A stretch of 64,000 nt of DNA from Candidatus Zixiibacteriota bacterium (GCA_050117845.1 JASFLY010000007.1:32001-96000), one strand, 5' to 3'; shown: positions 46,534 through 55,066, numbered from the stretch's first letter. The notes: generated by a model from the sequence alone, not told the origin. Translations and numbers: made by a program.

Positions 46534-47307
46534 TTAGCGGTAGAGGGCCCTAATCTTACCGACGGAGGAAGGTATCACCGCCGGATATTCGTGGACGTTA
46601 AACTGTAAAATATTATACTTGCCGTTATCCGGGTCGCTCGCCCCTATCCAGACGTACTCGCCGTCGTACGCGCAACCGTGGGCGTGGCCGTGCGCCACGG
46701 CGACAAACGAAGCCAAGGCCGAACCGGTTGTCGTACATTTGTATACATGCCTACGCTCCCGGTGGGGATCCGCTACCCATAAGTAACCCTCCGGGTCGTA
46801 CGCCATATCCCCCGGGTTAATATCAACCGCGTAGGAAGTATATATCGACCCGGTCATAGGTTCCAGGAGGTAGATAATTTTACTCGAATAGGCCGAATAA
46901 TACATATGCGAAGCATCGACGAAAGATACGCCCCAACTATCTTCCCCCGGAACCGCGAACGACCCGTCTATCGTACTCGAGTTATCTATAAACCGGTATA
47001 CATACCCCCCCGACCTGCTTACTAACCAATAATAAGTAACACCCCTAACCGTCCCGACCGTCATCCCTACCGGGTACCCTATGTCGTGCGGATGATAGTT
47101 TATTATCGAGCCCGTCGTAGTCGTCCGCCAAACGGTACGGCCCGAGAAGGTCGAGATATATAACGTACCGGGCTTATAAGACATTCCCATCGGCCACGCG
47201 CCCGGGGATTCGAACGACGACACCAGGCTGCCGAAGGTTGTACCCCAAATGCAAACCGGCGCACCTAATAAGGCGACGCCGGTTATAATTATGACCAGTT
47301 TACGCAT
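46534..47307 (-). CDS. Secreted beta-propeller-like protein with short C-terminal tag
   Basis: Signal peptide; repeats 'SF.SPG..P.GM', 'TTTGS....F', 'GCAYDGEYVW'; ends 'AVIPSSVGKIRALYR'. Confidence 0.7.
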   Translation of the reverse strand: MRKLVIIITGVALLGAPVCIWGTTFGSLVSSFESPGAWPMGMSYKPGTLYISTFSGRTVWRTTTTGSIINYHPHDIGYPVGMTVGTVRGVTYYWLVSRSGGYVYRFIDNSSTIDGSFAVPGEDSWGVSFVDASHMYYSAYSSKIIYLLEPMTGSIYTSYAVDINPGDMAYDPEGYLWVADPHRERRHVYKCTTTGSALASFVAVAHGHAHGCAYDGEYVWIGASDPDNGKYNILQFNVHEYPAVIPSSVGKIRALYR

Positions 47308-47367
47308 ATCCCGACCTCCTTCTTTGTCTACTTACATTCTATCAGATTTACGGGCCCTCCGCAAACT

Positions 47368-47598
47368 AAAACCCCGGCCCGAAGGCCGGGGTTTATCGCG
47401 CGTTATTGGATATTTTTTATACTACTCGACGACGACCAGCTTACGCGCCGCCGTATTCCCGCCGGCCTCCAGCCGGTACGTGTACACGCCCGGCGCCAGC
47501 GTCGAGACGTCCAGGCTTACCTCGTTGTCGCCGGCCTTGGCGGCCCCGGCGAACGGTACGGCGACTTTGCGGCCCGATATGTCGTATATCGTTACCGT
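47368..47598. repeat. Direct repeat copy B: terminator plus 3' end of CTD coding sequence
   Basis: Partner of 44488..44718. Confidence 0.9.
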
Positions 47599-49197
47599 CG
47601 CGTCGCCGGCCGACGCCAGCGAGAACGTCACCGTCGTCTCGTTCCGCGCGGGGTTGGGGTAACTCTGCGCCAGCGCGAACGCCGCTTTACTCCCCGAGGC
47701 CATTTCGACGTGGGCCGGCCCGTGTAGGGTGCCGTAGCCGTTCAGATCCACGTCCTCGAGGTAATAGTCATAACTTCCGCCGGGCGCGACGCCGGCGTCG
47801 GCGTAACGGTACGGCGATTCGCCGACGATGAGCGCGTCGTTGACCTTAACGCGGCTCGCGTCTTTACCGTTTACGTTCTCCCGGTAGAGGTTGAAGCCCG
47901 CGTGGTTGTACTCGCTCGCCGTGGCCCAGTGGAGGACAGCCCGGCCGTCGGCCGGTTGGCCGGAGAATTCCGCCAACTCGACGCCGACGTACTCCTTCAT
48001 GTGTTCGAGTAGCCACAGGAACGGCCCCTCATGTTCCAGAACCGTCGGCGCTATAAGTGTTTCGTTGGGCGCGAAACCGCCTTCCGCCCGAGTATTGAGT
48101 TCGAAGCAAATGCCGTAGCACTTTTCCTTCTCGGTCTGCTCGCCGTAATGATAATCGATGGAACCGCCGTTTACCGCGTACAATATCTCCGGCGGCGTCC
48201 CCAAACGAAAGCGATTGCCGAGGGTGGCGTTCATGCCGTTGCCCATTGTCATGAAATAATCCCGTTCGGGATTCACCGCCACGCTCGGATAATCGTAGCC
48301 GTAAGGGATTAAGATATATTCGCCGTAGCTGTGATAATCGAGCGTGAACTTGAAGTTCTTATCGATCATAAACTGGCGGACGGCTTCCGTCTCGGGCTCG
48401 CTGAAGGCCGACGGGCCGCGATAAGTGGCGGACGAGGGGCTGGGGCTCGAGCCGCTATTGTCGTATCCCCACTTGTAACCGTAGTTACGGTTTAGATCCA
48501 CTCCGTACACGCCGCCGCCGTTGTCCCGGCGGTTCTTGCGCCACCAATAACTGGAGCTCCCGCCGCTGTTGTTCTCCACGTAGACGTGGCCGTCGGGATT
48601 GGCCATCGGCATAATGTATATTTCGTAGTTATCGACGTAGTATTTTATATCGGGGTCCGTGGAATACTTCGTCAGGAGGATATCAATGAAATGGAGCGGG
48701 AGTTCGACCGTCATAAGCTCGCGGGCGTGGTGGCAGCCGACGACGAATAGCTTCGGCTCGTTCTCGCCCAATTCCGGATTATCGGAAATTTTCAGGACCC
48801 ACATATCCCGGTTTTCCCACGTGTCGCCGACGTCGTATAGTTTACATAAGCTCGGATAAGTCGACTCGTATCCCTGCAGGTCCGTCAGCATTTCCGTATA
48901 CGTGTGGTACAAGCCCATGTCGGGCGGCAGCGCGTCGAATCCGGCACCGGCGTTCTCGGCTATAACTTCGATACGGTAGCCCATATCCTGCAAACCCGCG
49001 AGTTCATCGGCCGACGCGATGACGTCCATATACTCACCCGCCGAGCCGGAACACACGTCCATCCCCGCTCCCAGAATGTCGCGACCGACGTTGTCCTCGG
49101 CGCCGTAATACACCCGTGCCCATTTAGGCGGAACCTGGGTAGCCGACGCCGCGCCGGCCAACGCCACGACACACGCGACTAAAAAAACTTTTTTCAT
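47422..49197 (-). CDS. M14 zinc carboxypeptidase (carboxypeptidase T-like) with T9SS-type CTD
   Basis: 'HHARE', 'NPDG', 'WRKNRR', 'GVDLNRN', 'FSEPET', 'DYHSY', catalytic 'FEL'. Confidence 0.93.
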   Translation of the reverse strand: MKKVFLVACVVALAGAASATQVPPKWARVYYGAEDNVGRDILGAGMDVCSGSAGEYMDVIASADELAGLQDMGYRIEVIAENAGAGFDALPPDMGLYHTYTEMLTDLQGYESTYPSLCKLYDVGDTWENRDMWVLKISDNPELGENEPKLFVVGCHHARELMTVELPLHFIDILLTKYSTDPDIKYYVDNYEIYIMPMANPDGHVYVENNSGGSSSYWWRKNRRDNGGGVYGVDLNRNYGYKWGYDNSGSSPSPSSATYRGPSAFSEPETEAVRQFMIDKNFKFTLDYHSYGEYILIPYGYDYPSVAVNPERDYFMTMGNGMNATLGNRFRLGTPPEILYAVNGGSIDYHYGEQTEKEKCYGICFELNTRAEGGFAPNETLIAPTVLEHEGPFLWLLEHMKEYVGVELAEFSGQPADGRAVLHWATASEYNHAGFNLYRENVNGKDASRVKVNDALIVGESPYRYADAGVAPGGSYDYYLEDVDLNGYGTLHGPAHVEMASGSKAAFALAQSYPNPARNETTVTFSLASAGDATVTIYDISGRKVAVPFAGAAKAGDNEVSLDVSTLAPGVYTYRLEAGGNTAARKLVVVE

Positions 49198-49306
49198 CTC
49201 GGTCCTCTTCTCTCTCCGCCGCCGTAGCGGCCTGATCCTTACGTTTAAACCTGATATATTATACCATATTTATCTCTACGGCGCCAAGGATTACACGACG
49301 CGGTTA

Positions 49307-50353
49307 TTACGGGGTACTCCGCCCCGGGTCGGCCGCAACGGCCACAGGCGTTTGGATGCCGACGCACTCCGACAAGAGAACGCCGGTCGTGTCGTAACGC
49401 CCTACGCGGCCGTCGGACGCCACGAAAACGAAGCCGCCAGTCTCGTCAATCTCTACGTCGGTAGCCGCAAGTAAACCCTTAACGGTGAAGTCGGCGGCTA
49501 CGTCCCAGGATTGCGAGCCCTGTAAAGATTTGTCGAAGGAAGCCAATAAGCCGGCGTCGTAATCGACGACGTAGAGGTTGTTAGTCGTAGCTGACACCGC
49601 CGCGTCGAACGGGTAATTGAAACCCGTCAGCTCGGCCCCGCGGGCGCCGTTAGGCCGGACCTTCACGACCGAGCCGGTCCCCTTATCGAGTACCCACGCG
49701 CCGCCGTCCGGGTCCGCCGTAACCGACCACGGCGAGTCAAAACTCGAATTGCTGGCCAAAGCCACCGCGTCCACCGTAACCTCGCCGGAAACGGCCTCCG
49801 GTAATTTTACGGCCCGGTCGGTTAGCTCGTCCACTACCCAACAATCGCCGGCCCCGGGCACCAGCGACACCACACGAGGAGACCGGAAACCCGTAACCGT
49901 CGCCAGGACGTTTCCGCCCGAACCGATTTTCAAGACACGGGCGTGCGAACGGTCCGCCACCCAACACGCCCCGTCGTCCTGGTCCACGGCGATGGAGGTG
50001 CCCCGCCGGATAAGGGGTTCTTCCCCCTTGAGCGCGGGCGTCTCTAATAGGAGATCTCCGTCGCTATCGAACTTACGGAGCTTATTGACGTAATAGTCGA
50101 GAACCCACGTCGACCCGTCGCTTTTATCGACGGCGACGCAATTCGGCTTCAAGAAAAACGGCAACGCGCCTATGGTATCGACCCGGACTCCATCGTAGTC
50201 GTAGATATAAACTACGGTATTGGGCTGGTCGATAATCCACAGCGCGCCGCCCGAAGAGGTTGGTTCCTCGTCGTCAGTGGCGCAACCGAAACCTAGTATC
50301 GTCGCGAAAGCGAACGCCGCGGCGACTCGCGCTAGCGTTTTTCCGTTTATCAT
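49307..50353 (-). CDS. Beta-propeller (NHL/YncE-like) lipoprotein
   Basis: Lipobox 'GFGC'; repeats 'P..VAVD..DG..WV.D....V.K'; promoter TTGACA-N17-TAGGCT and SD GGAGG. Confidence 0.75.
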   Translation of the reverse strand: MINGKTLARVAAAFAFATILGFGCATDDEEPTSSGGALWIIDQPNTVVYIYDYDGVRVDTIGALPFFLKPNCVAVDKSDGSTWVLDYYVNKLRKFDSDGDLLLETPALKGEEPLIRRGTSIAVDQDDGACWVADRSHARVLKIGSGGNVLATVTGFRSPRVVSLVPGAGDCWVVDELTDRAVKLPEAVSGEVTVDAVALASNSSFDSPWSVTADPDGGAWVLDKGTGSVVKVRPNGARGAELTGFNYPFDAAVSATTNNLYVVDYDAGLLASFDKSLQGSQSWDVAADFTVKGLLAATDVEIDETGGFVFVASDGRVGRYDTTGVLLSECVGIQTPVAVAADPGRSTP

Positions 50354-50412
50354 GACATTCCTCCCGAACCATGTAATAGCCTAAAGCACCTCGCCCGTTT
50401 TGTCAACTCAAT

Positions 50413-52110
50413 TTAAAGCGGCCGCCGTCCCGGCGCCGCCAGCAGCGCCTCCGCGGCGAGGAGAAGGAATACCGCGGCCACCAGCGGCGTACGGAGCGGC
50501 GTCCCTTCGCGGCCGGTGCCCCCCGGCGGCCGGCGCGTCACCACCGCGCCCGGAAAGAACGTTTGCACCTCCGCCTCCTTCATCGTCTTCGGGTCGGACT
50601 CGGGGGAATCGAAGTTGCGCGCGGCCGTGAACGCCGGGTAAGCGTTGGCCATAGCCGCCGTTTTTAAATCGAGCGCGAAAGCTACGAAGGCCGCGGACGC
50701 GAAGAAGTCGGAGTATTCGCGGCCCGAGAGTAACCCCACCGCGAACACTTCCCCCTTCCCCATCCTCCGGTGAAGGATGACCGGCCGGCCGTCGGCCGTG
50801 GTCGCGGCGCTTTTCCACTCGTCACCCGGGTTCTCCCACCGGACCGCGCCCGCGACGCGGAACGCCCCGGCCTCGGCGGTCCGCGGCAGCGCGCCGGCGT
50901 CCGCGACGACGGGCCCGGGGCCTTTCTCGTACTCGCCCGGCGTCCCCCCGGCCTCGAGCGACCCCGCCGCCGTCCCCGCGGGCATCAAGACCACGACGCC
51001 GCCCCTTTCGGCCTGCGTCCGGCCCGTGCCGTCGCGGGCCCAGGCGGGAAGGGGCATTACGTACACGCCGGGCCCGGCCCCGGCGTCCCCGGGCGTCGCT
51101 CCCACAGCCCCGAGCGCCGCTTCCCACGCCCGGCGCCCCGGCGTCCCGGCCTCGACTTCATAAAACACGTCGGTAGTAGCCGGAAGGTCGACCGTTGCGT
51201 GGTCGTCGAACGGGTACCCGCCGGCGCAGGAGAACGTCGCGCGCCCTCCGGCCGGGACGGCGAATCGGGCCGTCGCCCGGGACGATGCCGGAACGTCGGC
51301 CCGGCCGCCGCCCTCCCCCGCCGTGACGACCGTGGGCCGGGGACGGCCGTATTGCCGAACGTCCACCGCGCCGTCGAAGTATCCGGCCCCCGCAACGGTC
51401 AGGCGATACCCCGTCAGGGCCACGTTCCAGGCGGGCCCCGTTTCCTCCCGCACGTCGTAAAAGGTGACGTCCACACCTTTAGGCACGACGCCTGACGCAG
51501 CGAGTAACCCCTCGAAAGCGCCGGCCTGCATATCGGTGAAGACCGCCACTTCCCGGCGCCGCTCGGCCGCCTCCGGCCGGGCCCAAAGTGTCGACGCCGC
51601 GGCCACCGTCTCCGCCAGGCCGCCCGGGGCCGCGGGTGGCTTCTCCAGCGCGGCCCCGACGTCCCGCAACGACGTCCACTCGTACTCGCCGGGAGCGGCG
51701 CCCGTCAGCACGGCCGCGCCCACGTCCTCCGCCGAAGCGCCCCGGGCGAAATCCCGTGCGTAGCTAACCGCCCGGTCCAACCGCGGTTCCCCACCGTCGA
51801 CGTAGGTCATGGACGGCGAATTGTCGATAACCAGGAGGACGGCCCGCGGCGGCGCCGCCCCGCCCGGGTCGAAGCGCGGCCCGGCCAGCGCCAGGACGAA
51901 ACAAGCGATAATCATCACCCGGACGACGAGCAGTAGGATCTCCTGCCAACGAGGCCGGCGCCGGGCCCGCCGCTCCTCCACCACCTTCAGGAGTTCCACC
52001 GAGGGGAAACGGACGCGCAGGCGCACCCGCCGTTTGATCAGGTTTAAAATTATCGGTAGGGCCGCGAGCGGCAGGAGTAGAAGGTACAGCGGTTGGAGGA
52101 AAGCAATCAT
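50413..52110 (-). CDS. BatA-type N-terminal double-TM domain plus vWA domain protein
   Basis: 'FLQPLYLLLLPLAALPIILNL...FPS..LL...LLLVVR...LALAGP'; MIDAS 'IDNSPSM', 'VFTDMQ'; C-terminal TM. Confidence 0.85.
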   Translation of the reverse strand: MIAFLQPLYLLLLPLAALPIILNLIKRRVRLRVRFPSVELLKVVEERRARRRPRWQEILLLVVRVMIIACFVLALAGPRFDPGGAAPPRAVLLVIDNSPSMTYVDGGEPRLDRAVSYARDFARGASAEDVGAAVLTGAAPGEYEWTSLRDVGAALEKPPAAPGGLAETVAAASTLWARPEAAERRREVAVFTDMQAGAFEGLLAASGVVPKGVDVTFYDVREETGPAWNVALTGYRLTVAGAGYFDGAVDVRQYGRPRPTVVTAGEGGGRADVPASSRATARFAVPAGGRATFSCAGGYPFDDHATVDLPATTDVFYEVEAGTPGRRAWEAALGAVGATPGDAGAGPGVYVMPLPAWARDGTGRTQAERGGVVVLMPAGTAAGSLEAGGTPGEYEKGPGPVVADAGALPRTAEAGAFRVAGAVRWENPGDEWKSAATTADGRPVILHRRMGKGEVFAVGLLSGREYSDFFASAAFVAFALDLKTAAMANAYPAFTAARNFDSPESDPKTMKEAEVQTFFPGAVVTRRPPGGTGREGTPLRTPLVAAVFLLLAAEALLAAPGRRPL

Positions 52111-52123
52111 GGGGAGAGTGGGA

Positions 52124-53041
52124 TTACATCATGGCCCGGCGGCGGCCGAGGTATCCGACGAGGACGTCCGCCGGGGGCGTGGCCGTGCTGACCGGGACGT
52201 ACTCGACGTCGAACGCGCCGAGTTCCAAGCGGAAGTCTTCACGCCGTTTCGCCAGCGCCTCCAGATAGCTGTCCCGAAAGCGGCCTCCCTCGAGCGTTAT
52301 GGCCTCCGACGATTCCATATCGACGAAGTGGGCCGCCTCCCGGAAGGGGAACTCCTCCTCCGCGGCGTCGAGGACGTGGAAGAGTATGACCTCGTGCTTT
52401 TCGCCGCGCAACGCCCGCAGGCCATCCAGCACGCGACCCCGCAAATCCCAGAGGTCCGTGAAGATGGCGAAGAGACCCCGCCGCGGGGCCCGTTCCGCCA
52501 GGGCGGCGAGGGTGGCGTAAAGGTCCGTCGTGTCGGCCGGTTCGGTGCGTTCCAGAACCTCCAACAGCGACCGGAAATGCTGGCGGCTCGACCGCGGCGG
52601 CACGACTTCACGGAGTCCCGCGGAGAACGTCGCCAACCCCACGGCGTCGCGCTGGCCCAGCGCCAGGTAGGCCATCGCCGCGGCCAGCGTGGAGGCGTAC
52701 TCGAACTTGGTCATTGGCGTCTCGGAGCGGTAGGCCATGCTCGCCGACGCGTCCAGGCACAGGTAGAAACGGAGGTTGGTTTCCTCCTCGAACTCCTTCA
52801 CGAAATAGCGGTCGGTCCGGGCGTACGCCCGCCAGTCCACCAGCCGGAGGTCGTCCCCCGGCTGGTACGCCCGATACTCCGAGAACTCGACAGAGAAGCC
52901 CTTGAAAGGACTCCGGTGCATCCCGGCGAAAAGGCCCTCGACCACCAGCCGGGCCCGGAAGCCCAGGCCCTGCACGGCGGCCAAAGTTAGCACGTCCACG
53001 AAGGAAGGTATACTCATTTGAAAACGGGGGACGGACCCCAT
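52124..53041 (-). CDS. DUF58 domain-containing protein
   Basis: 'GMHRSPFKGFSVEFSEYRAYQPGDDLRLVDW', 'VKEFEEETN', 'LDASASM'. Confidence 0.92.
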   Translation of the reverse strand: MGSVPRFQMSIPSFVDVLTLAAVQGLGFRARLVVEGLFAGMHRSPFKGFSVEFSEYRAYQPGDDLRLVDWRAYARTDRYFVKEFEEETNLRFYLCLDASASMAYRSETPMTKFEYASTLAAAMAYLALGQRDAVGLATFSAGLREVVPPRSSRQHFRSLLEVLERTEPADTTDLYATLAALAERAPRRGLFAIFTDLWDLRGRVLDGLRALRGEKHEVILFHVLDAAEEEFPFREAAHFVDMESSEAITLEGGRFRDSYLEALAKRREDFRLELGAFDVEYVPVSTATPPADVLVGYLGRRRAMM

Positions 53042-53044
53042 CCC

Positions 53045-53590
53045 CTATAGGCCCAATTCCTCCCGCGCGCCCCGCATGCCGTCCAGGCAAAGGCCCAGGA
53101 ATTCCTCGAGCGACAGGCCCAGGCCGGAGCAAGTGGCTATCTGGTCCCGGTCGGCGCCGGCGGCGAAACGCTTCTCGCCGAAGCGCCGGACGATGAAGTC
53201 CACGTCGCACGCGGCGAGAGATTTGTCCGGGTGCATGAGGGCCGCGGCGACGATGAGGCCCGTCGTCGGGTCCACAGCCAGCAGGGCCTTCTCCATCGGC
53301 GTCTCGGCCTCTTTGTGCTTGTTGTGCGCCAGGATGGCCTCCGCCACGCCGGTCGGGAGGCCGGCGTCCTCGAGCATCTCGACGGTGGCCAGGCCGTGGC
53401 GTTCGGGCTCGTCCTTGGTCCCTTCGTAATCGAGGTCGTGCAAAAGGCCGGCCAGGGCCCAAGACTCCTCGTCCTCACCCAGGCGCCGGGCGACCGCCCG
53501 CATCGCGGCCTCGACCGCGAGCATGTGTTTTACGATATTCTTGTTGCTTACGTTCGCCTGGACCAATGCCCAGGCCTCCGCCCGCTCCAT
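53045..53590 (-). CDS. HDIG-type HD-domain metal-dependent phosphohydrolase
   Basis: 'KHMLAVEAAM', 'GLLHDLDYE', 'RHG', 'AILAHN', 'KRFAAGADR'. Confidence 0.9.
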   Translation of the reverse strand: MERAEAWALVQANVSNKNIVKHMLAVEAAMRAVARRLGEDEESWALAGLLHDLDYEGTKDEPERHGLATVEMLEDAGLPTGVAEAILAHNKHKEAETPMEKALLAVDPTTGLIVAAALMHPDKSLAACDVDFIVRRFGEKRFAAGADRDQIATCSGLGLSLEEFLGLCLDGMRGAREELGL

Positions 53591-53676
53591 ACCGTAACCT
53601 CGGCGTTCGTATTAGTATTAAATAATAGTATACGAGAAACTTTGTACGCCCGTTCCGGACGCGGCCTTTACGGCCC

Positions 53677-53760
53677 TCAGGGGTTGTTGCACGCCAGCAC
53701 GACGAGCGAACCTACCGCCGCGACCAGCGCGAAAAGCAACGTCGTAACACGTACGCGCAT
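53677..53760 (-). CDS. 27-aa micro-lipoprotein (signal peptide II plus CNNP), not in ORF track
   Basis: MRVRVTTLLFALVAAVGSLVVLACNNP*; SD GGAGG 7 nt upstream; promoter TCGACT-N17-TATAAT at 53803-53831. Confidence 0.6.
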   Translation of the reverse strand: MRVRVTTLLFALVAAVGSLVVLACNNP

Positions 53761-53879
53761 TAGCATACCTCCGAAAGAGTTATCGGTTTCATTTGTGGGT
53801 AAATTATAACCCGGGGGCCAACGGTAGTCGAGGTAAAACGGCCCCGGGTAATAGACACCGGCGGTCGGTTAATGGTTGA

Positions 53880-53933
53880 CTCGTCGGCGTCGTGCCCAAC
53901 AGCCTGGGGCGCATCAAAGCCATTTACAAATAA
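53880..53933 (+). pseudogene. Orphan 3' gene fragment encoding only the short C-terminal tag
   Basis: Reads LVGVVPNSLGRIKAIYK*; in-frame TGA immediately upstream at 53877; terminator follows. Confidence 0.6.
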
Positions 53934-53952
53934 CCCGGATTTCGGGACAAAG

Positions 53953-53977
53953 AAAACCGGCCCTCGGGCCGGTTTTT
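53953..53977. terminator. Bidirectional intrinsic terminator
   Basis: AAAACCGGCC-CTCG-GGCCGGTTTTT. Confidence 0.8.
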
Positions 53978-53999
53978 CCTTCGCCATTTCGGAAAATCT

Positions 54000-54467
54000 T
54001 TAAGGCTCGTATACGGTGTCCCAGGCCGGCTGTTCGAAGAGCAACGGCGTAAAGAAAAACAGGTACGCGCCTACCGTAATAGCGGTGTTAGCCGCGTCCG
54101 CTTGATCCTGGTAGTACCCTATGATATTCAACTCCGGGTCTTGAATGGTCCCGCCGCGGACGTACCCCACCGTATTCAAACTCGGGTCCTCTATGCGGCC
54201 GCCCGGCCTTATCCAACCTATTCTCTGTAGCCGCGCGTCCTCCACCGAACCGTCGGAGCGGACGTAGCCTAGCGGCTGGAAATTCCGGTCTTCGACGCGG
54301 CCGTCCGGCCGGATATACCCCAGGACCCGCAACGAACCCGTCTCCACCTTCCCGTCGTCGCGGATGTACCCGACAGGCGTTAACCCGGAGCCTTGCACTT
54401 TAATATCGGCCGAAACGGGCCCGGCCGCAACGGCGACGACGATTATAACAAGGATTAGTTTCTTCAT
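54000..54467 (-). CDS. Secreted 17-aa tandem repeat protein (beta-flower-like)
   Basis: Start moved to ATG 54467 (MKKLILVII..., SD GGAG); six repeats of 'G.VED..L...GY(I/V)R.D'. Confidence 0.75.
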   Translation of the reverse strand: MKKLILVIIVVAVAAGPVSADIKVQGSGLTPVGYIRDDGKVETGSLRVLGYIRPDGRVEDRNFQPLGYVRSDGSVEDARLQRIGWIRPGGRIEDPSLNTVGYVRGGTIQDPELNIIGYYQDQADAANTAITVGAYLFFFTPLLFEQPAWDTVYEP

Positions 54468-54594
54468 ATCGATACTCCGGCCTCCCGGCCGCCGGTTTAT
54501 TCGTAACGTACGACGGCGTCCCGTAACGAATTGATACGTGCGCCGCGGGATATCCGCCGACACCTGGGTCAACCATTCCGCAGCGTCGCGGGTC

Positions 54595-54939
54595 TTAATA
54601 ATACAATGTTTCGCGCGCCTTCTCGTCGCCTCCGATAAAGACGACTATCTCGACTTCGAGTAGAGCGCCGTCGGGAGGAACGAAAGTTATCTTCACCGGC
54701 GTTTCCTCTCCGGACAGGTCGACCGTCAGCGGTTGCGACGTCGCCCGGGCCAGCGATTCCGAGCCGGTTTTATTGGACACGTACTTGAAATCGACCTGTG
54801 CCACGACCGAAACCGTACCCGATCCGCCCAGCGAGATGGTCAGTTCACCCTCGTCGAACGAAACTATCGCGGCTTCCGCCGCGTGCCCCAAACTCGCCGC
54901 GCCGAGCATTACGGCCGTCGTTATTATTAGCTTCTTCAT
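54595..54939 (-). CDS. Small secreted beta-rich protein, function unknown
   Basis: Signal peptide 'MKKLIITTAVMLGAASLGHA'. Confidence 0.7.
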   Translation of the reverse strand: MKKLIITTAVMLGAASLGHAAEAAIVSFDEGELTISLGGSGTVSVVAQVDFKYVSNKTGSESLARATSQPLTVDLSGEETPVKITFVPPDGALLEVEIVVFIGGDEKARETLYY

Positions 54940-55066
54940 TATCCGTCACCCGCGTAAATATAAATCAGGTGGGTGCAGTATACAACGAAAAAAGAGTCCG
55001 GGCCCCCCGGAACCCGTCCACGAGACGTTTATGATTGGAATTGAAGGCAATTAACGCTTCGTTTTT

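Noticed and set aside
44543..47598. Near-identical repeat pair as a diversity-generating retroelement TR/VR
   Set aside because: The four mismatches are not adenine-specific, both copies are coding, and there is no reverse transcriptase in the window.
53650..53679. Selenocysteine call for the micro-ORF UGA
   Set aside because: The downstream hairpins are short and not convincingly SECIS-like, the Cys is explained by the lipobox, and no sel genes are visible; kept only as a minor alternative.
53760..53987. 75-aa minus-strand ORF from the track
   Set aside because: It runs through a terminator and a promoter, has no SD, and is antisense to the orphan tag.
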